64,000 bases of DNA, from contig CAVSQB010000026.1 in NCBI GenBank assembly GCA_963729895.1, forward strand, positions 1-64,000, read 5' to 3'. The DNA comes from an uncultured Fibrobacterota bacterium (GTDB lineage Bacteria; Fibrobacterota; Chitinivibrionia; Chitinivibrionales; FEN-1185). This document shows positions 28,938 to 38,860 of the stretch, piece after piece; positions within the stretch are counted from its first letter, which is position 1; each line of letters starts with the position of its first letter. A program made the translations under genes and the position numbers. The notes below the pieces were generated by a model, which worked only from the letters and a program-made list of their open reading frames with translations, was not told the DNA's origin and ran no database searches.

Positions 28938-30399
28938 TGCCCGCCGTCTCCGTGAATGCCTTGTGCACTTCTTCTTTGTCGTCAAAATGGCGGCGCACGC
29001 CATTTACTTCCTGATAGTCTTCGTGCCCCTTGCCCGCCACCACGATGCAATCGCCGGTCCGGGCGATCCGCAGGGCTTTCCTGATGGCTTCTCCCCTATC
29101 AACAACAACGGCGTGAGGGAAATCGAGGGGCATGCCTGCGAGCATGTCGCGGATGATCGCGTGGGGGTCCTCGCTTCTCGGATTGTCGGACGTCACGACC
29201 GCTTCGTCCGCATATTGGGCGACCGCGGCCGCCATGAGCGGCCGCTTACGTTTGTCTCTGTCGCCGCCGCACCCGAACACGCAGATGAGCCTGCCCGTGG
29301 TGAGCTCCTTGACGGTAGACAGAATATTGACAAGAGCGTCCGGCGTGTGAGCGTAATCTACAAACACCGAATAGGGCGCGTCCAGCGGCACCCGCTCCAT
29401 CCTTCCCGCAACCGTGCGCGTTGCCGCGAAGCAGCGTCGCACCGCATCCATGGAAATGCCGAGCGCATGCGCGCCCGCGACAAGCGCGGTCATGTTGTAC
29501 ACATTGAAGAATCCTGCAAGCGCGGAAGTAAAGTTGAACGACGCGCCCGCCACGGACAGCGACACCGCCGTCGAATCCCATGTGCAGTTCCAGCCCGTGA
29601 TCCGCACATCGGCGGTCTCGTTCCTGCCGTACGAAACGATCCGCGTCCCCGCAAGCTCGCGGGCGAGCCGGAGGCCGTACGGGTCATCGGTATTTATCAC
29701 GGCGGCGCCGTCCGGTTTCAGGTATTTGACGAACAGCAGCTTCTTGGCCAGAAAGTACCGCTCCATTGTTTCGTGAAAGTCAAGATGGTCCTGCGTGAGG
29801 TTCGTGAAGACGGCGCAGTCGTACAGCAGGCCGGAAATGCGGTCGAGGGCAAGCGAGTGCGACGAGACCTCCATCACCACGGCCCGCGGCTTCGCCGGGG
29901 CCGCCCGCATGTCGCGGAAGATCTGGGCCGCCTCCGGGGTGGTGTTGTGCGCGGCCTCGGTTGCGCCGGCCTCATAATACGCTATGGTCCCGAACATCCA
30001 CACGTCCTTGTCATTGTAGAGCTGGGACAGAAGGGTCTTCATCAGGTGCGCCGTGGTGGTCTTGCCGTTGGTGCCCGTGATACCCACGAGCCTCATGTCG
30101 TCCAGGCGTATGCCATAGACCATGCAGCTGATGGTTCCCAGGCTTTCCCGTGTATTGTCCAGTTGCGCCCACACGACGGGACACGCCGGCTGCGCGTTTT
30201 CCGACAGCACCGCGCATGCTCCCTTATCGATTGCGCTCTTGATGAACGTGTCACCGTGGACCCGGAACCCCGGAATGCTCACAAAGAGCGAACCGGGTGC
30301 GACCTGACGGGAATCACACGTGACGTCGGCGATAACGGGGTTGCCCGTCCCGCCGGACGATTTGACGGCAAGAGCTTGTGTCAATTCATGCCACATCAT
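28927..30399 (-). CDS. murE: MurE, meso-DAP-adding type
   Basis: GTNGKTT, TTP, MEVSSH, DYAHTPD, DNPR (mDAP motif), AGKGHE. Confidence 0.98.
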   Translation of the reverse strand: MMWHELTQALAVKSSGGTGNPVIADVTCDSRQVAPGSLFVSIPGFRVHGDTFIKSAIDKGACAVLSENAQPACPVVWAQLDNTRESLGTISCMVYGIRLDDMRLVGITGTNGKTTTAHLMKTLLSQLYNDKDVWMFGTIAYYEAGATEAAHNTTPEAAQIFRDMRAAPAKPRAVVMEVSSHSLALDRISGLLYDCAVFTNLTQDHLDFHETMERYFLAKKLLFVKYLKPDGAAVINTDDPYGLRLARELAGTRIVSYGRNETADVRITGWNCTWDSTAVSLSVAGASFNFTSALAGFFNVYNMTALVAGAHALGISMDAVRRCFAATRTVAGRMERVPLDAPYSVFVDYAHTPDALVNILSTVKELTTGRLICVFGCGGDRDKRKRPLMAAAVAQYADEAVVTSDNPRSEDPHAIIRDMLAGMPLDFPHAVVVDRGEAIRKALRIARTGDCIVVAGKGHEDYQEVNGVRRHFDDKEEVHKAFTETAGNGN

Positions 30400-30604
30400 A
30401 CACGTTTTGGGTTGCCCGTTTTCTCACGGCAATGATGTTCCGTTTCCTTGTGTCCCACTGGCCCCTGAAATCGGCCGCGTTCTTCTCGATCCACTCCAAT
30501 GCCCTCTTTGTAAAGTACTCCGACTCCGTGTCGTCGCCTGTTCCGATGTCCCGAAGCATCACCGCCAGTTCCGCCTCTATGAATTCCCTCAAATCGTCCG
30601 CCAT
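30386..30604 (-). CDS. Small hypothetical protein (72 aa) inside the dcw operon
   Basis: Strong RBS GGGAGGAG before MADDLREFIEAE...ALEWIEKNAADFR; stop overlaps murE start. Confidence 0.7.
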   Translation of the reverse strand: MADDLREFIEAELAVMLRDIGTGDDTESEYFTKRALEWIEKNAADFRGQWDTRKRNIIAVRKRATQNVYDVA

Positions 30605-30629
30605 ACATGCTCCTCCCAAAAAAGAACCG

Positions 30630-32618
30630 TCACAACTTTCGCGCTGCATCGCCGAACGAGCATACCAGCGTGCATACCTCGGCATGATGAACGAGGTTGC
30701 CTGCCGGCGGGCCTTGGCGCATCACGACGCCGGCACCCATCACATAGGCCGACAGCCCGTGCAGATTCATGGCATTTACGGCCTCCCGCAGGTCTTTTCC
30801 CAGGCAATTGGGCACCGCGATATTGTCGTGCCGGTGCCGGACCGAGTCGGCAACGCTCGTATACAACAGCAGTTTTTGGCCCCTTTCGAGCGCACCTCCG
30901 GGCAGAGGTTCCTGAAACGCAATTGTGCCTTTGCCGCCGCCCACAAGCTCGAAGGGAATCTTCTCGGATTGCAGGAAACAGGCAGCCTTTTCGGCCTGCA
31001 TGCCGCTGCAGTCCGGCACCGGCGTCTTGTCCTCGGCAACCGTTTCCTTAACCACATCAGGCCCGCCAAGGATCTTTTCGGCGAATTCGAGTTGCGGATG
31101 AGAAATGATCTGGCTCATGATTTTCTGAAACGCGGGCGCGGCGGCGAACCCGCCCATTTCGTTGTGGGCCGGCTCGTCGATGACGACCGCGCACAGGAGC
31201 AGCGGGTGGTCGGCAGGGGCAAAACCGATAAACGAGGCCCACTGGCGCGTGCTGGAGTAGGTGCCTGTCTCTTTGTCAATTTTCTGGGCCGTCCCCGTTT
31301 TCCCCGCAACCGTAATTCCGGGTAGCGCCGCCTTGACGCCCGTGCCCTTTCGCACAACGTTGCACAGCATCGCCGTGAGACGCCGCGCGATGTCCTCGTC
31401 GATCACCCGGCGGACCGGCCTGTATCCGGCGCTGTCGACGGCCTCTCCGTTTTGGGCGCGTACGGTTTCCACGATGCGGGGCTCCACCAGCACGCCGCCG
31501 TCGGCAATGGCAGAGAACAGGAGCGACATCTGCAGCAGCGTGACGCTCACCTCCTGGCCGATTGCCATGGTCACCCGCGTGCGGCCCGACCATTTATCTA
31601 TGGGGTGCACGATGCCGCTCTCCTCGCCGGGTAATTGGACGCCTGCGCGCTCGCCGAACCCGAAGTCGCGGGCGTATTTGTAAAGACGCTCGTTGCCGAT
31701 ATCGTTTGCCACCTTTGCGAAGCAGACGTTGCTCGAATACGACAGCGCATCGGCGAACGACAGTTTGCCGTAGGGTTTTTCGTCCCGGATCTTTTCGTCG
31801 CACACTTCGTAGACGCCGTGGTTGCCGTCGATTGTGTCGGTTTCCTTTTTCACATGCTCCTGCAGGGCGCACGCGGCGGTTACGGCTTTGAACGTGGAGC
31901 CAGGCTCGTAGGTGTAGCCTATGCATTTGTTAAGTCTGGCGTCGAGCGCGTACCGCGCAGGCATGTTCGGGTTAAACTCTGGCTCGCTCACCATGGCAAG
32001 AATCTTGCCCGTGGCCGGCTCCATCACGATGCACATGCCGCCTTTGGCCGACAGCGCGCTCACGGTTTGCCGTACAACGTTTTCAGCTATTTTCTGGATA
32101 TCGATGTCGATGGTGAGGTACACATCGCAGCCGGCCTCCGGCTGCTTTCTGGGCAAATCGAGCGTGGGGTAGGTGCGGTTTCGTCCGTCCCGCATCACGA
32201 TGGCCCAGCCGTTCTCACCACGCAGGTATTTGTCAAAGTAGAACTCTGCGCCGCCGAGGCCGTACCCGTCTTTCCCCACGTAGCCGAGCACCGGGCCTGC
32301 TGCGTCGCCGTACGGATATACCCGCCGCACGGTCACCGCGCGGTTTCCCGAATCGGTTGCCGTGGCGCCGTCCTGCGGCGCGAGCATGTCGGCCGTCACG
32401 GTGAGCTGGCTTCCGACGGTCGTCGAGAGGATCCGGCCCTTCCGGTCGCGGATGTCGCCGCGTTTCGCACAAAGCAATACGCGCTGCTGCGCCTGTTTCC
32501 TGCTTTCCGCCGCGTACTCTTTGTTGTGCACCACCTGGATAACAAACAGCCGCGCAACGATCCCCATGCACGACGCCGCCAGAAGCGCAACAACAAAGAA
32601 TGCCCGGGCCCTGAACAT
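30630..32618 (-). CDS. ftsI: Class B penicillin-binding protein FtsI with two PASTA-like domains
   Basis: RGDIRDRKG, RVYP, EPGSTFK (SxxK), SSN, KTGT; C-terminal VPDC/VPNC PASTA-like repeats. Confidence 0.95.
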   Translation of the reverse strand: MFRARAFFVVALLAASCMGIVARLFVIQVVHNKEYAAESRKQAQQRVLLCAKRGDIRDRKGRILSTTVGSQLTVTADMLAPQDGATATDSGNRAVTVRRVYPYGDAAGPVLGYVGKDGYGLGGAEFYFDKYLRGENGWAIVMRDGRNRTYPTLDLPRKQPEAGCDVYLTIDIDIQKIAENVVRQTVSALSAKGGMCIVMEPATGKILAMVSEPEFNPNMPARYALDARLNKCIGYTYEPGSTFKAVTAACALQEHVKKETDTIDGNHGVYEVCDEKIRDEKPYGKLSFADALSYSSNVCFAKVANDIGNERLYKYARDFGFGERAGVQLPGEESGIVHPIDKWSGRTRVTMAIGQEVSVTLLQMSLLFSAIADGGVLVEPRIVETVRAQNGEAVDSAGYRPVRRVIDEDIARRLTAMLCNVVRKGTGVKAALPGITVAGKTGTAQKIDKETGTYSSTRQWASFIGFAPADHPLLLCAVVIDEPAHNEMGGFAAAPAFQKIMSQIISHPQLEFAEKILGGPDVVKETVAEDKTPVPDCSGMQAEKAACFLQSEKIPFELVGGGKGTIAFQEPLPGGALERGQKLLLYTSVADSVRHRHDNIAVPNCLGKDLREAVNAMNLHGLSAYVMGAGVVMRQGPPAGNLVHHAEVCTLVCSFGDAARKL

Positions 32619-32623
32619 GAAGG

Positions 32624-33028
32624 CTACCCTTTCTCGCGGGAAAACGGTTTCTTGATTATTGCCAAAAAGCGGGCGGCCGTGCCGCCCGGTGCATGGTTCA
32701 TGGGTTCCCGTATCACGATTATCTGTCCGGCCGTTGGATACTCCAACCCGAGGCGCTCGCGGGTTATGGACTCTATCCGGGCAGTGCTCGACAATTTCTC
32801 GTTGTACAGTTTGAGAGAGGCCAGGCATTTGCCTGCTACGGCAAGGCTGTCCGCAAGCGCGCTTTCCCGAACAGACAAATTGGTGATGAATATTTGCTTG
32901 GACACCATGAACAGCGGCCACACAATGAGAAACGCGATGCAGGCAATGCCCACGGCCAGCTCACGGAGCCGTAGCACGGGCCCCGATGACCGGCGAGGAA
33001 CGGATTTCAGTTTCGCATTCCGGTTCAC
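32624..33028 (-). CDS. ftsL: FtsL-like cell division protein
   Basis: GTG start, basic N-terminus, TM, coiled coil ending LSSTARIESITRERLGL; lies between rsmH and ftsI. Confidence 0.75.
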   Translation of the reverse strand: MNRNAKLKSVPRRSSGPVLRLRELAVGIACIAFLIVWPLFMVSKQIFITNLSVRESALADSLAVAGKCLASLKLYNEKLSSTARIESITRERLGLEYPTAGQIIVIREPMNHAPGGTAARFLAIIKKPFSREKG

Positions 33029-33047
33029 GGGAAAGTCTTCCTTTTTG

Positions 33048-33986
33048 TCAAGCAATGACCTGCGCGGCGCGCAGGCGCGCACTCCGGGCGCGTGGGTTCT
33101 TTTCGACCTCTGCCGCCGACGGAACAATCACCTTTTTGTTTACACGCTTAAGTATTATTCTTTTTCCGCAGACGCATCTCGGCAGCACCGGCGGACATAT
33201 GCACCCCTGCTCACCGTCGCGAAAAAAATTCTTGACGATTCTGTCTTCCAGCGAATGGTACGAAATAACGACGATCCTGCCGCCGCGCTTCATATGAGGT
33301 ATTGCTTTCGACAAGCAGGCGGCCAGTTCGTCCAACTCGCCGTTGACCGCGATGCGCAGCGCCTGGAACACCTTCGCGATAACCTTGACGGGAAACAATG
33401 GACCGTACTCGTTCCGCAGGCACGCAACAAGGTCGGCCGAGGTGCGAAGCGGACGGCGAGCGGCGCACGTCTTGATTGCGCGCGCCATGCGGAGCGGATT
33501 GGTGATGTCGCCGTAGGCCGAAAGAACGCGGGAAAGTTCGTCCTCGCCGGAGCGCGCGCAGAACTCCGCTGCGCCTATGCCGGCGGCGGGGTCCATGCGC
33601 ATGTCGAGGTCCGAGGTTTTCATGTACGAAAATCCGCGCTCCTGTGTGTCAATCTGATGCGACGACACGCCCAGGTCGAGCAGCATGCCGTCGACGGGGC
33701 CGATGTGGTGGCGCGAAAGAACCGTGTCGAACCGGGAAAACGGACACTGTTCCAGAACGACGGTTGCACCGCCGCGTTCAGGGTGCGCGCTGATCCATGC
33801 GATTGCGTCGGGGTCCCTGTCGATGCCAATGATGGTTCCTCTATTGTCAAGTCTTGCCGCGATTTCCCTCAGGTGGCCGCCGCCCCCGGCTGTTGCGTCC
33901 AGATATGCGCCGCCGGGGTGGACGGCAAGCGCTTCCATGGCCTCTTGCACCAGTACCGGGACATGATAGACACCGCTAGCGTCCAA
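33048..33986 (-). CDS. rsmH: 16S rRNA m4C1402 methyltransferase
   Basis: HVPVL, DATAGGGGH, DLGVSS, RGFS, FQALRIAVN, ISYHSLED, NPRARSA; probable TTG start. Confidence 0.98.
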   Translation of the reverse strand: MDASGVYHVPVLVQEAMEALAVHPGGAYLDATAGGGGHLREIAARLDNRGTIIGIDRDPDAIAWISAHPERGGATVVLEQCPFSRFDTVLSRHHIGPVDGMLLDLGVSSHQIDTQERGFSYMKTSDLDMRMDPAAGIGAAEFCARSGEDELSRVLSAYGDITNPLRMARAIKTCAARRPLRTSADLVACLRNEYGPLFPVKVIAKVFQALRIAVNGELDELAACLSKAIPHMKRGGRIVVISYHSLEDRIVKNFFRDGEQGCICPPVLPRCVCGKRIILKRVNKKVIVPSAAEVEKNPRARSARLRAAQVIA

Positions 33987-34434
33987 TGTTCCTCGCAGCG
34001 TCCTCAACCGACTTGAAAAACACCTCGTCGAAATTGTCCTGCGTGCCAAGATAGGCATTGAGGCGGTCGGTGTCCCATATTTCTATGAAGCCGTTCTGGC
34101 CGATCAACGTGACGTTTTTCGCGAGGCCGGCCATGTTCATTTGCAAAGATGAAAGGGAGATTCTTCCCTGCGCGTCAAGCTTTGATTCGTGCAGTGTGGA
34201 GTACAGAAGGGTCTTGTGGCGCACGGTTTCCGGCGTCTGCGGCCATTGCGAAATCTCGTCTTCGTACTTGTTCCACATGTTCTGCGAAAACGCCCGCAGG
34301 CATCCGCCCGGAGCGCGGCAGATAACGAATGTCTCCGCAGCTTCGGGATCCAGAACTTTGCGGAACTTCGCCGGAATATTGATCCTGCCTTGATTATCGA
34401 GACAGAGATCAAATCTTCCACGAAAACGGGACAT
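33976..34434 (-). CDS. mraZ: Transcriptional regulator MraZ
   Basis: Two DxxGR motifs (DNQGR, DAQGR), IEIWD; first gene of the dcw cluster. Confidence 0.97.
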   Translation of the reverse strand: MSRFRGRFDLCLDNQGRINIPAKFRKVLDPEAAETFVICRAPGGCLRAFSQNMWNKYEDEISQWPQTPETVRHKTLLYSTLHESKLDAQGRISLSSLQMNMAGLAKNVTLIGQNGFIEIWDTDRLNAYLGTQDNFDEVFFKSVEDAARNIGR

Positions 34435-34441
34435 TAATATG

Positions 34442-34507
34442 CTCCTTTTCTCCCCTATCTTCCCCTATGTCACCCTTTAGAATACTAAATAGAGATAGGA
34501 AAGTCAA
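34442..34507 (-). promoter_or_regulatory. dcw promoter with putative MraZ boxes
   Basis: TTGACT-N17-TATTCT (34507-34479), then AGGGT-N5-AGGGG-N5-AGGGG-N5-AGGAG at 10-bp period. Confidence 0.7.
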
Positions 34508-34699
34508 GTCTTTTTCTTCAAAAAACCGTGGAGAATTTTGTTCCAAGCTGTTCTTGATGCTTATGCGAGGCACCAAACCACAACAGGTTGGATAGCTTGA
34601 TCTCATCTGCCACAACAGGTTGGCTTTAAGAGGAAAAAAAATGGAGAATTACTGTCACCAAGGGGTCACGGGGAACAGAAAAGGCGGAAAAAGAGGAAA

Positions 34700-35284
34700 T
34701 TACTCGTCGTCCCCAGCGTCGAATTCATTCGTGTCGTCCAGCGACGAGGACTTGAACAGCCGCGTATCTTCGTACAGATTCATGTTCATCTCGACATGTT
34801 CCCTTCCATGCGAGGCATTCTGCGCCGCCACTCCGTTTGCTCCCGCATCCGTCATGTACGGGGCCGCAGGCCCAGCCTCGGCTTTCTTCTGGAGGCTCTT
34901 GACTTTTGCGCGTAACGAGTAGTTTTCGCTGATCACGATATCGTACTCTTTGTGCAACTCGCGCAGTTTGGCGTTGAGTTTTTGTATCTCGTTGCTGGAG
35001 GAGCTGTTTTCTTCCTGGAATTTCTCAATCACCTGCTGCTGCGTCGATAAGGATTTGTTGATTTGAGCGATTGTCTGCTCGTACTCGTTGAGCCGCTCCT
35101 CTGTGGACCGCTGTGCAGCGAGGAACCTGGTATCGCCGGTCGGCTTTCCGCCCGGGACCGAGGCGACCGGACCGGCATGAGGAATGTTGGCGGCATCCGA
35201 GCGTTTCTGTGCATTAAAAACAAGAAGAAATACGAGAGCCGCCAGGGCAAGAATCGGAACGATATACAGCAGTTCTATGGGCAT
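34700..35284 (-). CDS. Membrane-anchored coiled-coil hypothetical protein
   Basis: N-terminal TM, long heptad region, acidic tail. Confidence 0.8.
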   Translation of the reverse strand: MPIELLYIVPILALAALVFLLVFNAQKRSDAANIPHAGPVASVPGGKPTGDTRFLAAQRSTEERLNEYEQTIAQINKSLSTQQQVIEKFQEENSSSSNEIQKLNAKLRELHKEYDIVISENYSLRAKVKSLQKKAEAGPAAPYMTDAGANGVAAQNASHGREHVEMNMNLYEDTRLFKSSSLDDTNEFDAGDDE

Positions 35285-35618
35285 GTTTGTCTCGTACGTT
35301 GGCAGGCGGCATGGCCGCCGTCAGTAGTGGTTCCGCATGTTTTCCGAAGTAGTCGGCGTTCGTTCCGTCGTCCCGGCGACGGAAGACCGCGTATCCATAA
35401 ATAATATATTGCGTTTGAAAAGAAAAGCCGCCGAATCTTGGATCTCTTGAAAACGCTCCGGCACGACCGCCGAACGCAAGTAGAATACGAACGTGTGTAA
35501 TGATTTAGTTTTATTTGGAGCGTTTTTTTGCAACCGGGGTCCCGCTGCCGGAATCCGGTTCAGGGTTTACCGCGATCTTGACTTACATCCGTCAACTTGC
35601 AACCGAGGGGAACCTAGT

Positions 35619-36974
35619 GTGAGCAACCTTCCCATGATGACCGTCTCGGGCGTTCGCGGCATTGTCGGCGAAACGCTCACGCCCGATTTCGTGTGTGCCC
35701 TGGCCCGGGTCCAGACCCGGTTGTGCGGCGGCGGCGACATTGTTGTCGCTCGGGATACGCGTCCGTCCGGACCCGCGCTCGCAGCCGGGATATTCGAAGG
35801 CATCGCCGCCGGGGGCGGCTCCCCCGTGGACATCGGGATTGCGCCGACGCCGACCGCATGCGTCGCAACGGCCCATTTCCACGCGAGCTCGGGCATCATG
35901 ATCACGGCAAGCCATAACCCGCTTCCCTACAACGGCTACAAAATGATACGCGCCAGCGGCAGGCTGTTTACAGGGCAGGAATGCGACGAGGTGTATGGTC
36001 CTTTTGTCAAGGACTGGAAACCGGCGTTTTTCTCCTCCCGAGGCACTGCCCCCGGTTCCGAAGAGCCCGTGAAGAAAGACCCGGTGGGGCCGCATATCGG
36101 GAAGATCCTTGCCGCAGTCGATGTGGAGGCCATACGCGCCGCACGCATCAAGGTCGCCGTGGATTCCATTAACGGCGCGGCCGGCGTCATCTTCCCCGTC
36201 TTGCTCGAACGTCTCGGTGTTGAATGGGCGGGCGTGCACAACAAGCTCGACGGCGATTTCGTCCATAATCCGGAGCCCCGGCCGGAGCATTTATCCGACT
36301 TGTCAAATCTCCTTGCCTCCTCGGAGGGCTTCTGGGGGGGCTTTGTCTTCGACCCGGATGCCGACCGGCTGGCCCTTATGGGCGAAAAGGGACAGCCCCT
36401 TACCGAAGAACTCACGCTCGTGCTCGCGCTCGAAGACATCCTTGACAAGGCGAAGTCGCCGATAGCGACAAACCTCTCCACCTCCATGATGGTGGACGAC
36501 GTGGCGCGCGCCTACGGCGTGCGCGTGATCCGCGCGAAGATCGGCGAAGCCAATGTTGTTGAGGCGATGGCCGCTCACGGCTGCACGGCCGGCGGCGAAG
36601 GGAACGGCGGCGTGATTTACCCCGCGGTTTCCACGGTGCGCGACGGCCTTGCCGGCATGGCGCTTATCCTCGAACTCATGGCGCGCCGCAGAAAACCGAT
36701 TACCCAGCTCGCGTCCCGGTGGCCTGGTTATTATATTGTCAAGGAAAAGATCCCTTGCTCGGGCGATCCTGCCGCGCTGCTCTCGGCGCTCGCCGACCGG
36801 TTCAAGGGCGAAATCATCGACCGGCAGGACGGGCTCAAGATCATCCGTGCCTACGGATGGGTACATGTGCGGCCGTCGAACACGGAGCCGATCATCCGCT
36901 GCTACGCCGAGGCCGTCACCCGCCAACAGGCGGCCGAACTCGCAAACATGGTTATGCACAATGTCAAGTGCTGA
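35619..36974 (+). CDS. glmM: Phosphohexomutase (GlmM/PMM family)
   Basis: SGVRG, ITASHNP, DPDADR, GEGNGG, VRPSNTEP; GTG start after GAGGGG; symbol tentative. Confidence 0.85.
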   Translation: MSNLPMMTVSGVRGIVGETLTPDFVCALARVQTRLCGGGDIVVARDTRPSGPALAAGIFEGIAAGGGSPVDIGIAPTPTACVATAHFHASSGIMITASHNPLPYNGYKMIRASGRLFTGQECDEVYGPFVKDWKPAFFSSRGTAPGSEEPVKKDPVGPHIGKILAAVDVEAIRAARIKVAVDSINGAAGVIFPVLLERLGVEWAGVHNKLDGDFVHNPEPRPEHLSDLSNLLASSEGFWGGFVFDPDADRLALMGEKGQPLTEELTLVLALEDILDKAKSPIATNLSTSMMVDDVARAYGVRVIRAKIGEANVVEAMAAHGCTAGGEGNGGVIYPAVSTVRDGLAGMALILELMARRRKPITQLASRWPGYYIVKEKIPCSGDPAALLSALADRFKGEIIDRQDGLKIIRAYGWVHVRPSNTEPIIRCYAEAVTRQQAAELANMVMHNVKC

Positions 36975-37060
36975 TCACGTCGTGCCGCGCTTGCAGGAGC
37001 CGGAGTTGCAAATATATCTTTAGGATCGTGCAGGCACCCCGTTGGTGCAAGGAGACGTTG

Positions 37061-38362
37061 ATGCAGACAAGAAGCGGCCTTTGCCTTGTGGCGTGTGCAG
37101 TCCTCGCTCTTATCTGCACGCATGCGGCGCTGGCGCGCCCGGTTTCGGGCGCCTCCTCCCTCAGGCTGAAGAAGCCGCTGTCGAATGACCTGTCGGAACA
37201 GGTGCGGGGCGCGGCAATCAACAGTTTTAAGATTGATTTATGGGAATGGATGAAGGAAGAGGCCGACGTCACCGTCGATACGTCGAACGCCATCCAGCGG
37301 TTCCACTTCTTCGCGTTCGCGGATTCGTGTCTGAACAAGGCAAACGTCGACCGGTCGATGGCCGGGCACGACCTCACGGTCACCATCACCATCCCGGGCG
37401 AAGACGTCAGCGCCATGCTCGAATCGTACAACACACGGTGCTATTCGATCTCGCTCAGGTTCTACACCCTCATGAAGAAGGCGCTGGAAGACAACGCCAC
37501 CGCCGATCTTTACAATCTGGGAATCCGCACCATCTTCTATACCATGGGGCGCATGGGCACGCCCATCGGCGTGTCGGACGAATCGACGCCCCGTTCCTTT
37601 CTGCTCGAAGAGTCCCGCAAGATCATGCAGAACTTCTTCAACAAATTCTCGGTTCGGTCGCAGGAATACATTATTTCCGGGAAACCGGGCACGGTCCTCG
37701 CCTCACCCCTGGGGGTGAAGGCGGTCGTGGATTCCACGCCGCTTGCCGGCATAACGATTACCGGCTTCCTGCCCGGCGGCAAGAAGCTCTGCTCGGGTAT
37801 CACGGATCCCAGCGGTTCGGTTTCATTCGCCGATTTCAGGATTCCTTTTGTGTCGAAAGGCACCATGCTGTACCTGAGGCCGGACTTTGGGGCCGTGGTC
37901 AACGGCGCGGCCCCGTTTGATGCCAGCGATCTGGGCGTCACCCTTCCGGAACAAACGCTCGTGTTCAATATTACCCCCGCAACCTTTTCAATTTCCTACA
38001 AAGTGAATGCGGTGAGCAATCTCGACATTCCGAAGGATTTCGCAAGCGACGCGTTCATCGCGAAATTCCTCAGGGATTCCTGCTTCCTCGCTCCCGCCAA
38101 ACCCGGCGGCGCAGTCGATCTGTACTTCACCATCGAGAGCCAGGTGTCGAGCTACGCGCACGACGAACTCGAACAGACCGTGCTCAAACTCGAGGACGAC
38201 GTCGCCATCGAGGACGCCGGCCATCGGCAGCTTGCCAGAAAGCAAGCAGTTGCCTATGAAAAAGGCTACGAGAATGCGGTTCCTATCCCCGTGGGACTTT
38301 TCTTCTGGGAAGCCGCGTCGAAATCAACGAGGATGATAAAGCAGATGGTGCTGGGGTTGTAG
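37061..38362 (+). CDS. Secreted hypothetical protein
   Basis: RBS AAGGAG, signal peptide MQTRSGLCLVACAVLALICTHAALA, coding-like codon use. Confidence 0.8.
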   Translation: MQTRSGLCLVACAVLALICTHAALARPVSGASSLRLKKPLSNDLSEQVRGAAINSFKIDLWEWMKEEADVTVDTSNAIQRFHFFAFADSCLNKANVDRSMAGHDLTVTITIPGEDVSAMLESYNTRCYSISLRFYTLMKKALEDNATADLYNLGIRTIFYTMGRMGTPIGVSDESTPRSFLLEESRKIMQNFFNKFSVRSQEYIISGKPGTVLASPLGVKAVVDSTPLAGITITGFLPGGKKLCSGITDPSGSVSFADFRIPFVSKGTMLYLRPDFGAVVNGAAPFDASDLGVTLPEQTLVFNITPATFSISYKVNAVSNLDIPKDFASDAFIAKFLRDSCFLAPAKPGGAVDLYFTIESQVSSYAHDELEQTVLKLEDDVAIEDAGHRQLARKQAVAYEKGYENAVPIPVGLFFWEAASKSTRMIKQMVLGL

Positions 38363-38458
38363 GAAAATATGGATTTGGCGCTACAATGAGAAAACGAAAT
38401 ATGACTTCAGGTCACCCGTCGAGCTGGTGCGCGGGATTTGAAGGACGCGGAGAAAAGG

Positions 38459-38644
38459 TCATATCGCCGGAATTTCCAAGTCCTTGCAGATTTTTTTTGC
38501 AAGAAAATCGTTTATTTCCCTATGACGCGGAACAGTGGATACTTTTCGCTTGGAAGGATTGATAAAGGCAGAATGTTTTGCGCCCTCACGCAGAAGAATG
38601 CAACCGGTCTCTTGAAGATGACGCAATAAATCTTTGCGTTTCAT
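38459..38644 (-). CDS. hicA: HicA-family toxin
   Basis: 61 aa; LREGAKHS...TVPRH.EI pattern. Confidence 0.9.
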   Translation of the reverse strand: MKRKDLLRHLQETGCILLREGAKHSAFINPSKRKVSTVPRHREINDFLAKKICKDLEIPAI

Positions 38645-38860
38645 CTACACCGCTATCGGGAAATCTTCCCTGATTACCTTCATGCCCTTAATGTCATTTT
38701 CCGCCAATTGTTTGTTTGCCTCAAGCACAAGCCCAATCGCTTCCTTTAGGTTTTCGCGAGCTTCCTTGAGTGTCTCACCCTGAGTATTTGCTCCAGGGAT
38801 TTCCTCGACGAAGCCGATGTAGCCCTCAGGAACCTTTTTAAATACAGCTGTAAAGGACAT
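38645..38860 (-). CDS. hicB: Short HicB-family antitoxin
   Basis: 71 aa; GYIGFVEEIPGANTQGETLKEARENLKEAI. Confidence 0.9.
   Translation of the reverse strand: MSFTAVFKKVPEGYIGFVEEIPGANTQGETLKEARENLKEAIGLVLEANKQLAENDIKGMKVIREDFPIAV

Noticed and set aside
27045..34016. Long plus-strand ORFs (604, 577, 793 aa)
   Set aside because: Antisense shadows of dcw genes, expected from high-GC codon bias
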